A stretch of DNA of 64,000 nt from positions 77,438,001-77,502,000 of the forward strand of contig OZ024745.1 in NCBI GenBank assembly GCA_964016885.1, read 5' to 3'. The translations under genes and the position numbers were made by a program. Of this stretch, positions 25,040 to 37,077 are shown piece after piece (the stretch's first letter is position 1; each line of letters opens with the position of its first letter). The stretch comes from Eledone cirrhosa. Taxonomy: Eukaryota. The notes beneath the pieces are model-generated. The model was given only the letters and a program-made list of their open reading frames with translations. It had not been told where the DNA came from and ran no database searches.

Positions 25040-26418
25040 AGCACAACTAATTAGAGAAAGGGTCAAACTAGATGAGATGCAGTTTGGTTTTGTGCCTGGG
25101 AAGAGTACAACAGATGCCCTCTTCTTGGTGAGACAAATGCAAGAGAGGTTCTTAGAGAAGACTAAGCCACTATACTTAGCCTTTGTTGACCTAGAGAAGG
25201 CCTTTGATAGGGTACCCCGATCTGTCATCTGGTGGTCCCTAAGGAAGCTAGGTGTTGAGGAATGGCTTGTGAGGACAGTGCAAACTTTGTACAGAGGTAC
25301 TCTCAGTAAAGTCAGGGTAGGAATGGAGTTTAGTGAGGAATTCCAGATACAAGTAGGAGTACATCAGGGCTCGGTCCTCAGCCCGCTCTTGTTCATTATA
25401 GTCCTCCAAGCCATAACAGAGGAGTTTAAGACTGGCTGTCCATGGGAACTTCTCTATGGTGACGATCTGGTTCTTATAGCAGAATCAGTAGAGGAGCTAG
25501 AGAATAAATTCTGGCTATGGAAACAGCAGTTGGAAGCAAGAGGACTGAGAGTGAATCTAGCTAAGACAAAAGTGTTGATGAGTAGAAAAGAGGACAAAAA
25601 CCATGTTCGATATGCAGAAAAGGAACTGGCATAAATTCTATAAAATGCACACAATGCAGATCCTGGGTACACAAGAGATGTAGCAGGATAGCAGGCAAAC
25701 TAACAGGTAGGGAGAAATATGTATGCAGTAGATGTACAGGGAAATTAGACAGTAGAAGTCGCACTGATAGACACATTTTTCAAATGCAAGAGGGCGCTAT
25801 AGAAGTGGTGGATAGCTTCCGGTACCTAGGAGATCAGATTAGCACGGGAGGAGGGTGTTCCGAGGCCATAGTATCTAGAATAAGGACGGGTTGGAAGAAG
25901 TTTAGGGAGCTGCTTCCTCTGTTGACGAAGAAGGGTTTCTCCCTGCGTACGAAAGGCCGGTTGTATGATGCCTGTGTGAGGAGCGCGATGCTGCATGGTA
26001 GTGAGACATGGGCAGCAACTGCAGAGGATATGCGACGGCTGGAGAGAAATGAGGCAAGCATGCTCCGTTGGATGTGCAGTGTAAATGTGCGTGAACGACC
26101 CAGCATAAATGTGTTGAGAGAGAAACTGTGTCTGAGAGGGATAGAGTGTAGTGTACGGGAGAGGAGACTGAGGTGGTATGGACATGTGATGCGCATGGAG
26201 GATGACCGATGGGTGAAGAAGTGCCAGGAATTGCCAGTTGAAGGAAGACGTGGTAGAGGTAGACCACGAAAAACATGGGCGGAGGTGGTGAGAACAGACC
26301 TCAGATCATTGAAGCTCACGGTGGAGATGACGAGGGACCGTGACGAGTGGAGAGATGCTGTGCTGAATAAGACCCGTCCCACCCTTGCAAGCAGGGAAAA
26401 GCGGACGTAAAATGATGA

Positions 26419-26420
<2 letters not shown>
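25037..26420 (+). mobile_element. RTE-clade LINE family A, 5'-truncated, young
   Basis: QFGF..STTDA, FVDLEKAFDRV, GVHQGSVLSP, LYGDD, RLRWYGHV, GRPRKTW; one frameshift near 25600; (ATG)n tail; inserted in (TA)n. Confidence 0.95.
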
Positions 26421-26479
<59 letters not shown>

Positions 26480-26481
<2 letters not shown>

Positions 26482-26915
26482 AATGAATGTATGTATAGTA
26501 TATTTGGTAGTATACCGTATGTTTAATTAAAAACATTTAGAACACCATACGCTATCAGTTTTAAAGTAGTGACTATGTCTCTTACTTCTTTTCGGTGAAA
26601 GAAGGGAAAGAAATTAACCGTCTGTTTCACGCTGTTGGCTATCATCAGAGCCACGCACTCCCCGCTTTCGCCGAAAATTACAGAATCTGGATTCTTATAG
26701 AATTCCAGTAATAATCAGGAGCTGATTATACAGAGCGATTGTCAGTCCAGCAAAAATGAGGTATTACGATTGGTGCTCTGAAATAGCGATGTATACATGA
26801 ATGTATGTATAGTATATTTGGCAATATACCGTATGTTTAATTAAAAACATTGCCAAATATACTATACATACATTCATGTATACATTGCTATTTCAGAGAA
26901 ACAATCCTAATACCG
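26480..26915. mobile_element. PLE-like pLTR remnant with direct and inverted repeats and a degenerate hammerhead
   Basis: 26483-26536 repeated at about 26798-26850; 26851-26915 is an inverted copy of about 26760-26823; minus-strand CUGAUGA..GAAAC at 26616-26652. Confidence 0.6.
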
Positions 26916-26931
26916 TATATATATATGTATT

Positions 26932-26962
<31 letters not shown>

Positions 26963-26963
26963 G

Positions 26964-27002
<39 letters not shown>

Positions 27003-27004
<2 letters not shown>

Positions 27005-27100
27005 AAGGCGGGTAAAATTCCCGAGATCCATGGACGAGTTCTCTCCAGCGGTCTCTGTCCCTCATTATCGCTGCCTTGTCCTGCGTCTCCAACAGACCAG
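27003..27100 (-). pseudogene. RTE-like LINE extreme 3' fragment (third family)
   Basis: ..AIMRDRDRWRELVHGSREFYPP* (DRxxWR motif). Confidence 0.55.
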
Positions 27101-27319
27101 TGTATATATGTATGTATTTATATATATGTATTTATATATATATATATATATATATACATAGATATATATTGTTATACTTTAGGAGGGTCATGTTGCCAAT
27201 AAGAAACACTCGCACCAGTTGCTTTCACTTCAATTTATTATAATAAATTTATAAATTTAGGAATTTATAAATTTCCGGTTGGTTGGTTGGTTCCACAACC
27301 AGATGGTTGTTTATATATT

Positions 27320-27362
27320 GTCAAAGTTCTTTCGTCACACATTCTGTGACCTCTTCAGTGAC
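27320..27362 (-). ncRNA. Minimal type I hammerhead ribozyme (PLE-A)
   Basis: Same motif as 16540-16582. Confidence 0.7.
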
Positions 27363-27730
27363 TGGGAATTCTTTTCTTTGTTTTTGTGCCTCTCCTTTGT
27401 TCTGTCCTACGCCATTTTGTTTCTGTGTGTGTGTTGTGTGCTCAGTCTGCGCATGCGCCACATTCGGGTGTCTGTGTGTGTTTATATTCGTTTATTTATT
27501 TGTTTATTTACATGTTACAGGTTGGTTGTTTGTTCTATGTGCGTGTGTGTTTTCATTTTGTCCTTAATTGTAAGTTGTGATGTTGCTGTTCCACTCATGT
27601 TTTCTATTTAATTTTGGTTGTAATTCTTTTATGTTTATTGCCTCTGTGATTTATCTAAACATTGCGTCTTTTCTGTGTGTATAATTCTATTTTTATTTCT
27701 AAGTTCTCTAATTTACCCTTATGTTCTATC

Positions 27731-29427
27731 AACGAGAGTAACCGATCTAGGGACCTAACAAACTGCATAATAGGTAGTATGGATGTTGTGTCCCTGTATC
27801 CATCTATTGATGTGGATTTGCTGTGGAGAAATGCGTAGAAATGATCAGTGAGAGCAATGTTGAGTTCCGTGGGATTGATACCAGTGAGCTGGGACTCCTA
27901 CTTAAACTTACCTATAGTAATAATTACCTAGACACATATGACCTTAGCAACCTGTGCCCTACAAGACCAGCAAGAGACAGACCACCTACCATTACCTCAA
28001 TGGCCAAGAAAACCCAAACAGATAGATGGAACGAGTGGACCAGAGCCATACGGACACCCGAAAACCACGATGAACTAAAGAAAATGATTGCACACACGGT
28101 GGGGGCCAGCATAAAATTAACCCTCAAGGAGCATATGTTCAAATTTAATGGAAAAACATATGCCCAAGAGGAAGGAGCAGCCATTGGTGTTAGCATTGCA
28201 GGCGACATAGTTAACTTATTCATGGTATGGTGGGACAGTAGACTTAAACTAAAACAACAATTAGAAGACCCCTTAACCCTGATAATGTACTCCCGCTACG
28301 TTGATGATATAAACATCGTAGTTAAAACACACCCACTAGAGAACAGTCAGGAATTAGAGAAAAACACAATGGAAAGCATCTAGCAAATAGCTAACTCCAT
28401 CCACCAGAGTATTAGAGTTACTATAGACTACCCAAGTATACACCCCAACCATCGATTACCTGTACTAGACACAGAGCTCTGGTTAGATACCATTAATAAC
28501 AAAAAACAAATCCTCCATTCCCATTATGCCAAACCCATGACTTCCAAATATCTGATCCACCGAAACTCTGCTGTTTCGGACCATACCAAAATCAACATAC
28601 TGATTGCGGATTTGGTACGGGTGATGAGAAACGTGTCCCGCATGTGCAACCCCAAAGAACTAGAGAGACACATACAACACTTCATCCACCGTATGCAGTT
28701 CTCTGGTTACAATCAGAGAGATAAAATCAGAGTGTATAGAGGAGCCAGAACCAAATGGGAAAAAATGGTAAATAATGACACAAACAGGACCTGCCCCTTG
28801 TATAGGAGCAAATTTTGGAATAGAATAGAAAGAACTAGGAATAAGGCTAATAGAATAAACTCATGGTATGATAGCAATAAATACCAGAGTGTAATGTTCA
28901 TCGATACAACCCCTAGAGGTGAATTAGCTTACAAATTTAGAAGGGCCCTAGATAAACATAAACTCAATATTAAGATAGTAGAAAGACCAGGTACCTCCAT
29001 AAAAACACTTATTAGCAAGACATACCCTTTTCAAAGACCTCCCTGTATAGATAAGAAATGTACAATCTGTAAATTAAGTCCCCATATTAACTGTAAAACT
29101 AGAAATCTAGTATATAGTATAAGATGTACTGAAGGACAATGTAGAGATAAAAATATAGTGTACATAGGTGAGACAGCTCGTAGTATAGGGGAACGGATAA
29201 ATGAACACTGGCGAGACCTTCAAGATAGTAAAGAATCATCTGTACTCTACCAACATGCTAAAATAGAATATAAGGGTAAATTAGAGAACATAGAAATAAA
29301 AATAGAATCTACACACAGAAAAGACGCAATGTTTAGACAAATCACAGAGGCAATAAACATAAATGAATTACAACCAAAATTAAATAGAAAACATGAGTGG
29401 AACAGCAACATCACAACTTACAATTAA
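27731..29427 (+). pseudogene. PLE RT + GIY-YIG ORF, 5'-truncated, one frameshift (about 27820) and one stop (28381)
   Basis: ORFs 27823-28383 and 28537-29427 are in the same frame, separated by a TAG. Confidence 0.9.
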
Positions 29428-29628
29428 GGACAAGATGAAAACACACACGCACATAGAACAAACAACCAACCAGTAACATGTAAATAAACAAATAAATAAA
29501 CGAATATAAACACACACAGACACCCGGATATAACACATGCGCAAACTAAGCACACAGCACACAGACAAAAACAAGATGGCGTAGGACAGGACAAAGGACA
29601 GGCACAAAAACAAAGAAAAGAATCCCCA

Positions 29629-29671
29629 GTCACTGAAGAGGTCACAGAATGTGTGACGAAAGAACTTTGAC
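29629..29671 (+). ncRNA. Minimal type I hammerhead ribozyme (PLE-A 3' UTR)
   Basis: GTCA CTGAAGA G GTCACAGAATGTGTGAC GAAA GAAC TT TGAC. Confidence 0.7.
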
Positions 29672-29880
29672 AATATATAAACAACCATCTGGTTGTGGAA
29701 CCAACCAACCAACCGGAAATTTATAAATTCTTAAATTTATAAATTTATTATAATAAATTGAAGTGAAAGCAACTGGTGCGTGTGTTTCTTATTGGCAACA
29801 TGACCCTCCCAAAGTATAACAATATCGGTTTCAACACACGTTTTCAGATAAAGAATCTTGCTAAACAAATTCAGAAACGA

Positions 29881-29913
<33 letters not shown>

Positions 29914-29939
29914 TTATATATATATATATATATATATAT

Positions 29940-30662
29940 CATCATCATCATCGTTTAACGTCCATCTTCCACGCTTGCATGGGTTTGGACGGGAGTTTTC
30001 CCACTTGAAGCAAGATTGGTTGTCTTGCTCGTATAGGACTGTCTGGCGGGTTTTCTACGGCTGGATGCCCTTCCTAACACCAACCACGTTTACAGTGTGG
30101 ACTGGGAGGTCTTTACCGTGTTACCTACACGGCCACATTACAGCGTGAACTGTGTGTTTTTTTTTCGTGACACCTACACGACCTCATTTGTTTCGGACTG
30201 GATGTTGTGGTACCAACATAACTTCACATTTAAGGGGGTGGTGGGGGTGGTGGGACGGGGGTGTATTTTTGTTAGAGGTGCCTACTGACTGTAGGTTTCG
30301 CTTTGTACTTAGGCAAGGCGGGTCTTCTGTATTACTGTGTAGCGCCAAAGATCTCGGTCCAGTGACATTGTCTTGGAGAGGTGTAAGTGTGTGAGGTCGG
30401 AATTTATCAAGTCGTCCCAGGTTTTTCTGGGTCTGCCTACTCCGTGGCTACCATCTATTTTTATCGCCCTGCACTTTTTTATACAGCTGTCGTCTTTCAT
30501 GCGCATCACGTGACCGTACCAACGTAGTCTTCTCTCGAGTAAACAACATCTGATCCCTCTTATTCCTAATTTCTCCCTTAGTTCATTTATGCTTTGCCGT
30601 TTACGTATATTACTATTACACATCCAGCGGAGCATGCAAGCTTCGTTCCTCTCCAGTCTGCA
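29940..30662 (-). mobile_element. RTE LINE family B 3' fragment
   Basis: MLRWMC..RRLRWYGHVMRM..GRPRKTW, about 350-nt 3' UTR, (ATG)n tail. Confidence 0.9.
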
Positions 30663-30667
30663 TATAT

Positions 30668-31560
30668 ATCATCATCATCATCATCATCATCATCAACGTT
30701 TAACGTCCGTGTTCCACGCTTGCATGGGTTTGGACGGGGGTAGTCCCACTTGAGGCAAGAGTGATTGTCTTGCTCGCATAGGACTGTCTGGCAGGTTTTC
30801 TACAGTTGGATGCCCTTCCTAACACCAACCACATTTACAGTGTGGGTCTGGGAGGTTTTTACCGTGTTGCCTACACGGCCACATTACAGCGTGGACTGTG
30901 TGTTTTTTTGTCGTAACACCTACACGATCTCATTTGTTTCGGCCTGGATGGCGCGGCACCAACATAACTTTACATAGAACGGGGTGGTGTGGATGGGGTG
31001 GGGGTAGTGGTGGTGGGACGGGGTGTATTTTGTTAGAGATGCCTACTGGCTGGAGTAGGTTTTACTATATATTTAGGTAAGGCGGGTCTTCTCTGTTACT
31101 GAGTACCGCCAAAGGTCTCGGTCCAGTGACATTGTCTTGGAGAGGTGTAAGTGTGTGATGTCGGAGTTTATCAGCTCGTCCCAGGTTTTTCTAGGTCTGC
31201 CTATTCCGTGACTACCGTCTATCTTTATTGCCCTGCACTTTGTTATACAGCTATCGACTTTCATGCGCATCACGTGTCCATACCAACGTAGCCTTCTCTC
31301 GAGTAAACAACATCTGATCCCTCTTATCTCTAATTTTTTCCTTAGTTCGTTTATGCTTTGCCGTTCACGTATATTACTGTTACACATCCAGCGGAGCATG
31401 CAAGCTTCGTTCCTCTCTAGTCTGCGTATATCCTCTGCACACAATGCCCAGGTCTCACTGCCATGCAGCATTGCTGTTCGTATGCAGGCATCGTACAACC
31501 TGCCTTTCATTTTTAGGGAGAACCCTTTAGCAGCTAATAGTGGTATAAGCTCTCTGAACT
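30668..31560 (-). mobile_element. RTE LINE family B 3' fragment (second tandem copy)
   Basis: ORF 31073-31510 with the same motifs; diverged UTR. Confidence 0.9.
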
Positions 31561-31565
31561 ATATA

Positions 31566-31615
<50 letters not shown>

Positions 31616-31918
31616 TACATATATATATGTGTGTATGTATTTATATTTATATATATGTATGTATTCATATTTATATATATGTATGTATTTATATAAATGC
31701 ATGTACGTATTTATAATACAATTGAATATATGAGAGGGATGAACACCGATACAAGTATACATGTGTTCGAATTGCAAATGACCAAGTTAGCTAGGTTGAA
31801 AAAGTACTTATATAAATGTATGTATTTATATAAATATATGCATGTATGTATTTATATAAATATATGCATGTATGTATTTATATAAGTATATGCATGTATG
31901 TATTTATTTATATATATA

Positions 31919-32475
31919 CAGGAGTTGGATAAAATAATGAAAACACCTAGCATCATAGCATCATAATTTTGAAATATCTATAAAATCGTCAAAAGCTTCT
32001 TTATTTTTATTGCTCTCGAGGTGGTCATTAAGCTCTGCAGTAATTTTGGGAGCTGTACTTTTGTGATCCTTTCTAACAATTCGTGTAAGAGTCCAACGGT
32101 CCCTATCTGAAAGTTTTGGTTTTCTTCCAGAGTTTTGTTTCGACAAGGTTTTCCCCTCTTTCTCAAAGGCTGTCATTACTTTTGAGACAGTACTTCTTGA
32201 TACAACAAACATTTTGGCTGTTTTCGTTATGCTAGCGCCTGCCATACGAGCACCAACAATTTGATCTCTTTGAAAGTCCGATAGATCTGTCATTTTAATG
32301 AATTTTAATTACCTTTTTCTGATTCATATCTGAAAAGAAACAGCAATTTTAACAAAACATATTAAGCAACACTAATAATAAATCAAAAAACATAAAAATA
32401 AACAAGCTTTTGACAGTTTTATAGATATTTCAAAATTATGATGCTAGGTGTTTCCATTATTTTGTCCAACCCCTG
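31919..32475 (-). mobile_element. Internally deleted Tc1/mariner element
   Basis: TIRs CAGG(A/G)GTTGGA(T/C)AAAATAATG..AACACCTAGCATCAT; TA TSD; ORF 31961-32293 encodes only the paired-like HTH (DLSDFQRDQIVGAR..GRKPKLS), DDE domain lost. Confidence 0.9.
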
Positions 32476-32715
32476 TATATATATATATGTATATATGATT
32501 TATATGTATGTATTTATATATATATATGTATGTATGTATTTATATGTATGTATGTATTTATATATATATATATGTATCATCAACATCATCATTTTACGTC
32601 CGCTTTTCCCTGCTTGCAAGGGTTGGATGGGTCCTATTCAGCAGCACAGCATTCCTCCACTTGTCACGGTCCTTCATCATCACTGAGTTTCAGTTGTATG
32701 TATGTATATATATAT

Positions 32716-33106
32716 ATCATCATCATCATCATTTTACGTCCGCTTTTCCCTGCTTGCAAGGGTGGGACGGTAACTGATTCTGGCTTGATTTCTACAGTTG
32801 GATGCCCTTCCTAACACCAACCTCATTTACAGTGAGTGCTGGGTGCTTTGTTTCCGTGGCACCTACACGTCCACTTTACAGTGTGGGCTGGGGGCTTTTT
32901 TTGCCGTGGCACCTCCACGACCACTCTACAGTGGAATGATAGGGACCCCAGTCCCTATCATCTCATTTCTACAGCTGAGTAAACTGGAGTAATGTGAAAT
33001 AAAGTGTCTTGCTCAAGGACACAACACATCACCCGGTCTGAGAATTGAACTCACAACCTTTCGTTTGCAAGGCCAGTGCTCTAACCACTAAGCCATGTGC
33101 CTCCAT
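32716..33106 (-). mobile_element. SINE family 2, full length
   Basis: Same family as 21588; 16-bp duplication at its 5' end. Confidence 0.9.
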
Positions 33107-33138
33107 AGCCATGTGCCTCCATATATGTACGTATGCAT

Positions 33139-33170
<32 letters not shown>

Positions 33171-33197
33171 GTGTGTGAATATATATATATATGGGCA

Positions 33198-33320
33198 TCC
33201 ACTGATGAGTTATAAGGGCCCGCTTCGGTGTATATCTATGGATTATATACAAGTTTCTACATAACCTGGACATTACTTATCCCAACTTGTAGAAATCTTA
33301 TAACAAAATGATCGTATGGA
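33198..33320 (+). ncRNA. Hammerhead ribozyme relic in PLE-like remnant (33192-33500)
   Basis: UCCA-CUGAUGA-GUUAUAAG..CUUAUAAC-aAAA-uGAUCG-UA-UGGA; two core changes are consistent with CpG decay. Confidence 0.6.
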
Positions 33321-33509
33321 AGGAAAGAGACATTCACTTAATTGTGTCTCATCTAAAATAATACAACCAGCTATCCACGGAATACTGTATAGTTAGCACC
33401 CCAAACACTAAATTGGGATTATACTTAGGTATATCCTAATGTTTGTCGAGTGAGATGGAGTTGGTCAGAGTATTGCTTAAAGTTTTCTCTGTTAATGTAT
33501 TAAATATAT

Positions 33510-33828
33510 ATCATCATTTCATCATCATCATTTCATTTTACGTCCACTTTTCCCTGCTTGCAAGGGTGGGACGGGAACTGATTCTGGCTTGATTTCTACA
33601 GCTGGATGCCCTTCCTAACACCAACCTCATTTACAGTGAGTGCTGGGTGCTTTTTTGCCATGGCACCTCCACGACCTCTTTGCAGTGGAATGATAGGGGC
33701 CCAAGTCCCTATCATCGTGAAATAAAGTGTCTTGCTCAAGGAAACAACACATCACTCGGTCTGAGAATTGAACTCACAACCTTTTGATTGCAAGGCCAAT
33801 GCTCTAACCACTAAGCCATGTACCTCCA
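33510..33828 (-). mobile_element. SINE family 2
   Basis: Same family as 21588. Confidence 0.9.
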
Positions 33829-33831
33829 TGT

Positions 33832-34933
33832 GCCTCAATGACTGAACTAGAGAAGAAATTCCAAACATGGAAGCATGGCCTAGAATCAAAAGGTCTTAAA
33901 ATTAACTTGTCTAAGACTAAATTTCTAGTATGTAGGACGGAAAATAGGGCATTGGTCCCCTCTGGGAAATAGCCATGCTCAGTGTGTAGGAAAGGAGTAG
34001 GCAGAAACTCTATTTTATGTCCCAAATGCAAAGTATGGGTGCATAAAAGATGTAGTGGGATCACAGGTAAGCTAACTAAGAACATGGATTTTATATGTGG
34101 CCGGTTCTCAGGTGCAATAAGTAGTAGCAAGTGCCCACAGGATACTAACTCCTTCCATTGCCCAGATGGTTCTATAGAAATAGTGGACACCTTCTGTTAC
34201 CTGGGTGACAAAATCAGCAGTGGTGGAGGGTGCTCTGAAAGTACAGTAGCTAGAGTCAGAAGGAGATGGAAAAAGTTCAGAGAGCTCATACCACTATTGG
34301 CCGCTATGAAAGGCAACTGTATGATGCCTGCATACGAACAGCAATGTTACATGGCAGTGAGACATGGGCATTGGGTGCATTGGATCTGCGCAGACTGGAG
34401 AGGAACGAAGCTTGCATGCTCTGTTGGATGTGTAATAGAAATATACGTAAACGGCAAAGCATAAATGAACTAAGTGAGAAATTAGGAATAAGAGGGATCA
34501 GATGCTGTTTACTCGAGAGAAGACTACGTTGGTATGGTCACGTGATGCGCATGAAAGACAACAGCTGTATAAAAAAAGTGCAGGGCGATCAAAATAGATG
34601 GAAGCTACAGAGTAGGCAGACCCAGAAAAACCTGGGACAATTTGATAAATTCCGACCTTACAGACTTACACCTCTCCAAGACAATCTCACTGGACCAAGA
34701 TCTTTGGCGCTATGCAGTAATGCAGAAGACCCGCCTTGCCTAAGTAAAAACCTCCCAGTCCACACTGTAAACGTGGTTGGTGTTAGGAAGGGTATCCAGC
34801 CGTAGAAAATCTGCCAGACAGTCCTATACGAGCAAGACATGGTCATCCAACCATTGCCTCACGTGGGACAATTCCTGTCTAAATCCTTGCTAGCATGGAA
34901 GATAGACGTTAAACGATGATGATGATGATGATG
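33832..34933 (+). mobile_element. RTE LINE family B fragment with PHD-like finger
   Basis: CSVCRKGVGRNSILCPKCKVWVHKRC..FCYLG..RRLRWYGH; stops and frameshifts; (ATG)n tail. Confidence 0.9.
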
Positions 34934-35217
34934 ATATATATATATATATATGTTTCTATTTATTTATTTATATATATATATGTATGTATTTATATGTATG
35001 TATGTATTTATATATATATATGTGTATGTATGTATTTATATATATGTATTTATATATATATATGTATGTATTTATATATATATATGTATGTATTTATATA
35101 TATATATATGTATGTATTTATATATATGTATTTATATATATGTATGAATGTATGTATTTATATATGTATATATATGTGTATATGTATGTATATATATGTA
35201 TGTATATGTATGTATGT

Positions 35218-35748
35218 ATGGACATCCTGCCGGACTATATGTATGTATGTATGTATGGACATCCTACAGGACTAAAAACAAAACCTGTCAAAGGGCAAAG
35301 GAGCTCTTAAGAGTCAATGGCTATCCAAAATCACCGGGAGAGATGACCCCTTAGCCTTTGTCAAGGCAGAATTCTAAGGGAAGGAAAACTCTGATATAAC
35401 ACCTGCAACCCTGATGGTATCCAATGATGTTGACTTGTTCTTCTTTTTGGTAAATATCATCTTGGTTAAGAGAGTGGGACTGGCTTTGTGCAGTGCCTTT
35501 GCTCCTCACAATAAAAGCTTTACGGCACAGGCATTGCTTTGTATCTGGAGATCTCTCTGCACTTGTCGTCACATGGTACCATGGGCCCAGCACTATGTGT
35601 CAATAATTGTCACAAGTGTAGTGTTTGTACCAGAGTTTTCAAGTCGCTGGCTGGACTAAAAAGTCACACTCGTTCAGCGCATCGGTAGGAGTTCTCCTAC
35701 ATGGATATAAAGTAGTGGCCGTACTCGAAAACGAGTTGGCAGCCACCA
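35218..35748. repeat. Unclassified interspersed element between (TATG)n tracts, possibly a LINE 5' UTR
   Basis: GC-richer island; TAAGGGAAGGAAAACTCTGA motif reminiscent of RTE-associated 5' regions. Confidence 0.3.
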
Positions 35749-36302
35749 TGTATGTATGTATATGTATGTATATATATGTATGTATGTATTTATATATATG
35801 TATGTATGTATATATTTATATATATATATGTATGTATGTATTTATATATATATATGTATGTATGTATTTATATATATATATGTATGTATGTATGTATCTA
35901 TATATATGTATCTATATATATATGTATGCATTTGTATGTATGTATGTATTTATATATATGTATGTATGTATTTATATATATATGTGTATGTATGTATTCA
36001 TGTATATATATATATATATATCATAAATCATGTCCTTAGAATTATTAGATAAAATATATACCATTTCCTCTCCCAATTAGCATAATTAACCACATAAAAA
36101 TCAATTAGACCAGGCTATAAGAATAAAGGCTCCTATGAAGAAATATTCGATAAATAACCGAAAGCGGCCTCTTCGCGGTGACCCCAATAGAGTATTTACC
36201 CAACATTTCAACAGCATGTAGAAACTGACTAAATATACTGTCAACCATACACAATTAGGTGTAAATTTAAACTTAGAAGAAACGTGTACATACCGTAATT
36301 AC

Positions 36303-36382
36303 ATCTCTACCATGGTTTCGTCTGTATTTTTAGATATCCGTCTATTAAGGATGAATCTAGAGTAACGGACTCATCAGGAGAC
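36303..36382 (-). ncRNA. Intact type I hammerhead ribozyme in PLE-like remnant (36022-36432)
   Basis: GUCUC-CUGAUGA-GUC..long stem II..GAC-GAAA-CCAUG-GUA-GAGAU; palindromic stem III ACCAUGGU. Confidence 0.85.
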
Positions 36383-36429
36383 AAACTCAGTCGGACAGTT
36401 AATTTTCCAAAGCGATCGCGCCAGAAATA

Positions 36430-36475
<46 letters not shown>

Positions 36476-36479
<4 letters not shown>

Positions 36480-36673
36480 AACGAGTAGGACCCCGACGGC
36501 TGAGCTGAAGCCGTTTCGACGGCTAATTCGAATTAGAGGGAGAATTAGCCGTCGAAACGGCTTGAGCTCAGCCATCGGGGTCCTACTCATTCCTATTACC
36601 CACTCTACTACCCTAAGTATTGAGTACTTTGGTGCGTTATGGTCCATCCGGTTCCTTACCGCATTTCCTTTGT

Positions 36674-36675
<2 letters not shown>
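36476..36675. repeat. GC-rich fold-back hairpin (about 57-bp arms) with right tail
   Basis: ATAGGAACGAGTAGGACCCCGA..GACGGCTAATTC / GAATTAGCCGTC..TCGGGGTCCTACTCATTCCTAT. Confidence 0.85.
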
Positions 36676-36704
<29 letters not shown>

Positions 36705-36751
36705 ATATGTATGTATGTGTGGATGTATGTATGTGTATGTATGTATGTATG

Positions 36752-36789
<38 letters not shown>

Positions 36790-36792
<3 letters not shown>

Positions 36793-37023
36793 GTACCCAC
36801 AGTAAGTTGTGGGGTCTATTCTGCATGAAGAACTCGATGTAATCCATATGTTGAAAATGTTGTAAGTTAAGATAAATCTCAGAAAACAATAAAACATTAA
36901 AAGGAAAACAGAGTCATAACATAAGTTAAAACAATGAAATAAAAAATCAAGTCATTAGAGATATACTTCACTAATATATCTAGTATATCTCTAATGACTT
37001 GATTTTTTATTTCATTGTTTTAA

Positions 37024-37028
<5 letters not shown>
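36790..37028. repeat. Fold-back hairpin (about 47-bp perfect arms) with left tail
   Basis: ATAAGTTAAAACAATGAAATAAAAAATCAAGTCATTAGAGATATACT and its reverse complement. Confidence 0.85.

Positions 37029-37072
<44 letters not shown>

Positions 37073-37077
<5 letters not shown>

Larger units (their letters stand above)
27166..29882 (+). mobile_element. Penelope-like element family A, longer copy with inverted 3' arm
   Basis: 27166-27730 is an inverted copy of the ORF end + 3' UTR; then RT (SMDVVSLYPSI, GAAIG, YSRYVDD, LPVLD) + GIY-YIG to 29427; 3' UTR and about 60-nt tail; TA flanks. Confidence 0.92.

Noticed and set aside
25826-26382. Antisense ORFs over RTE and PLE coding regions (also 31263, 43812, 16503, 27279)
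   Set aside because: Shadow frames of retroelement ORFs or low-complexity UTRs with no independent motifs
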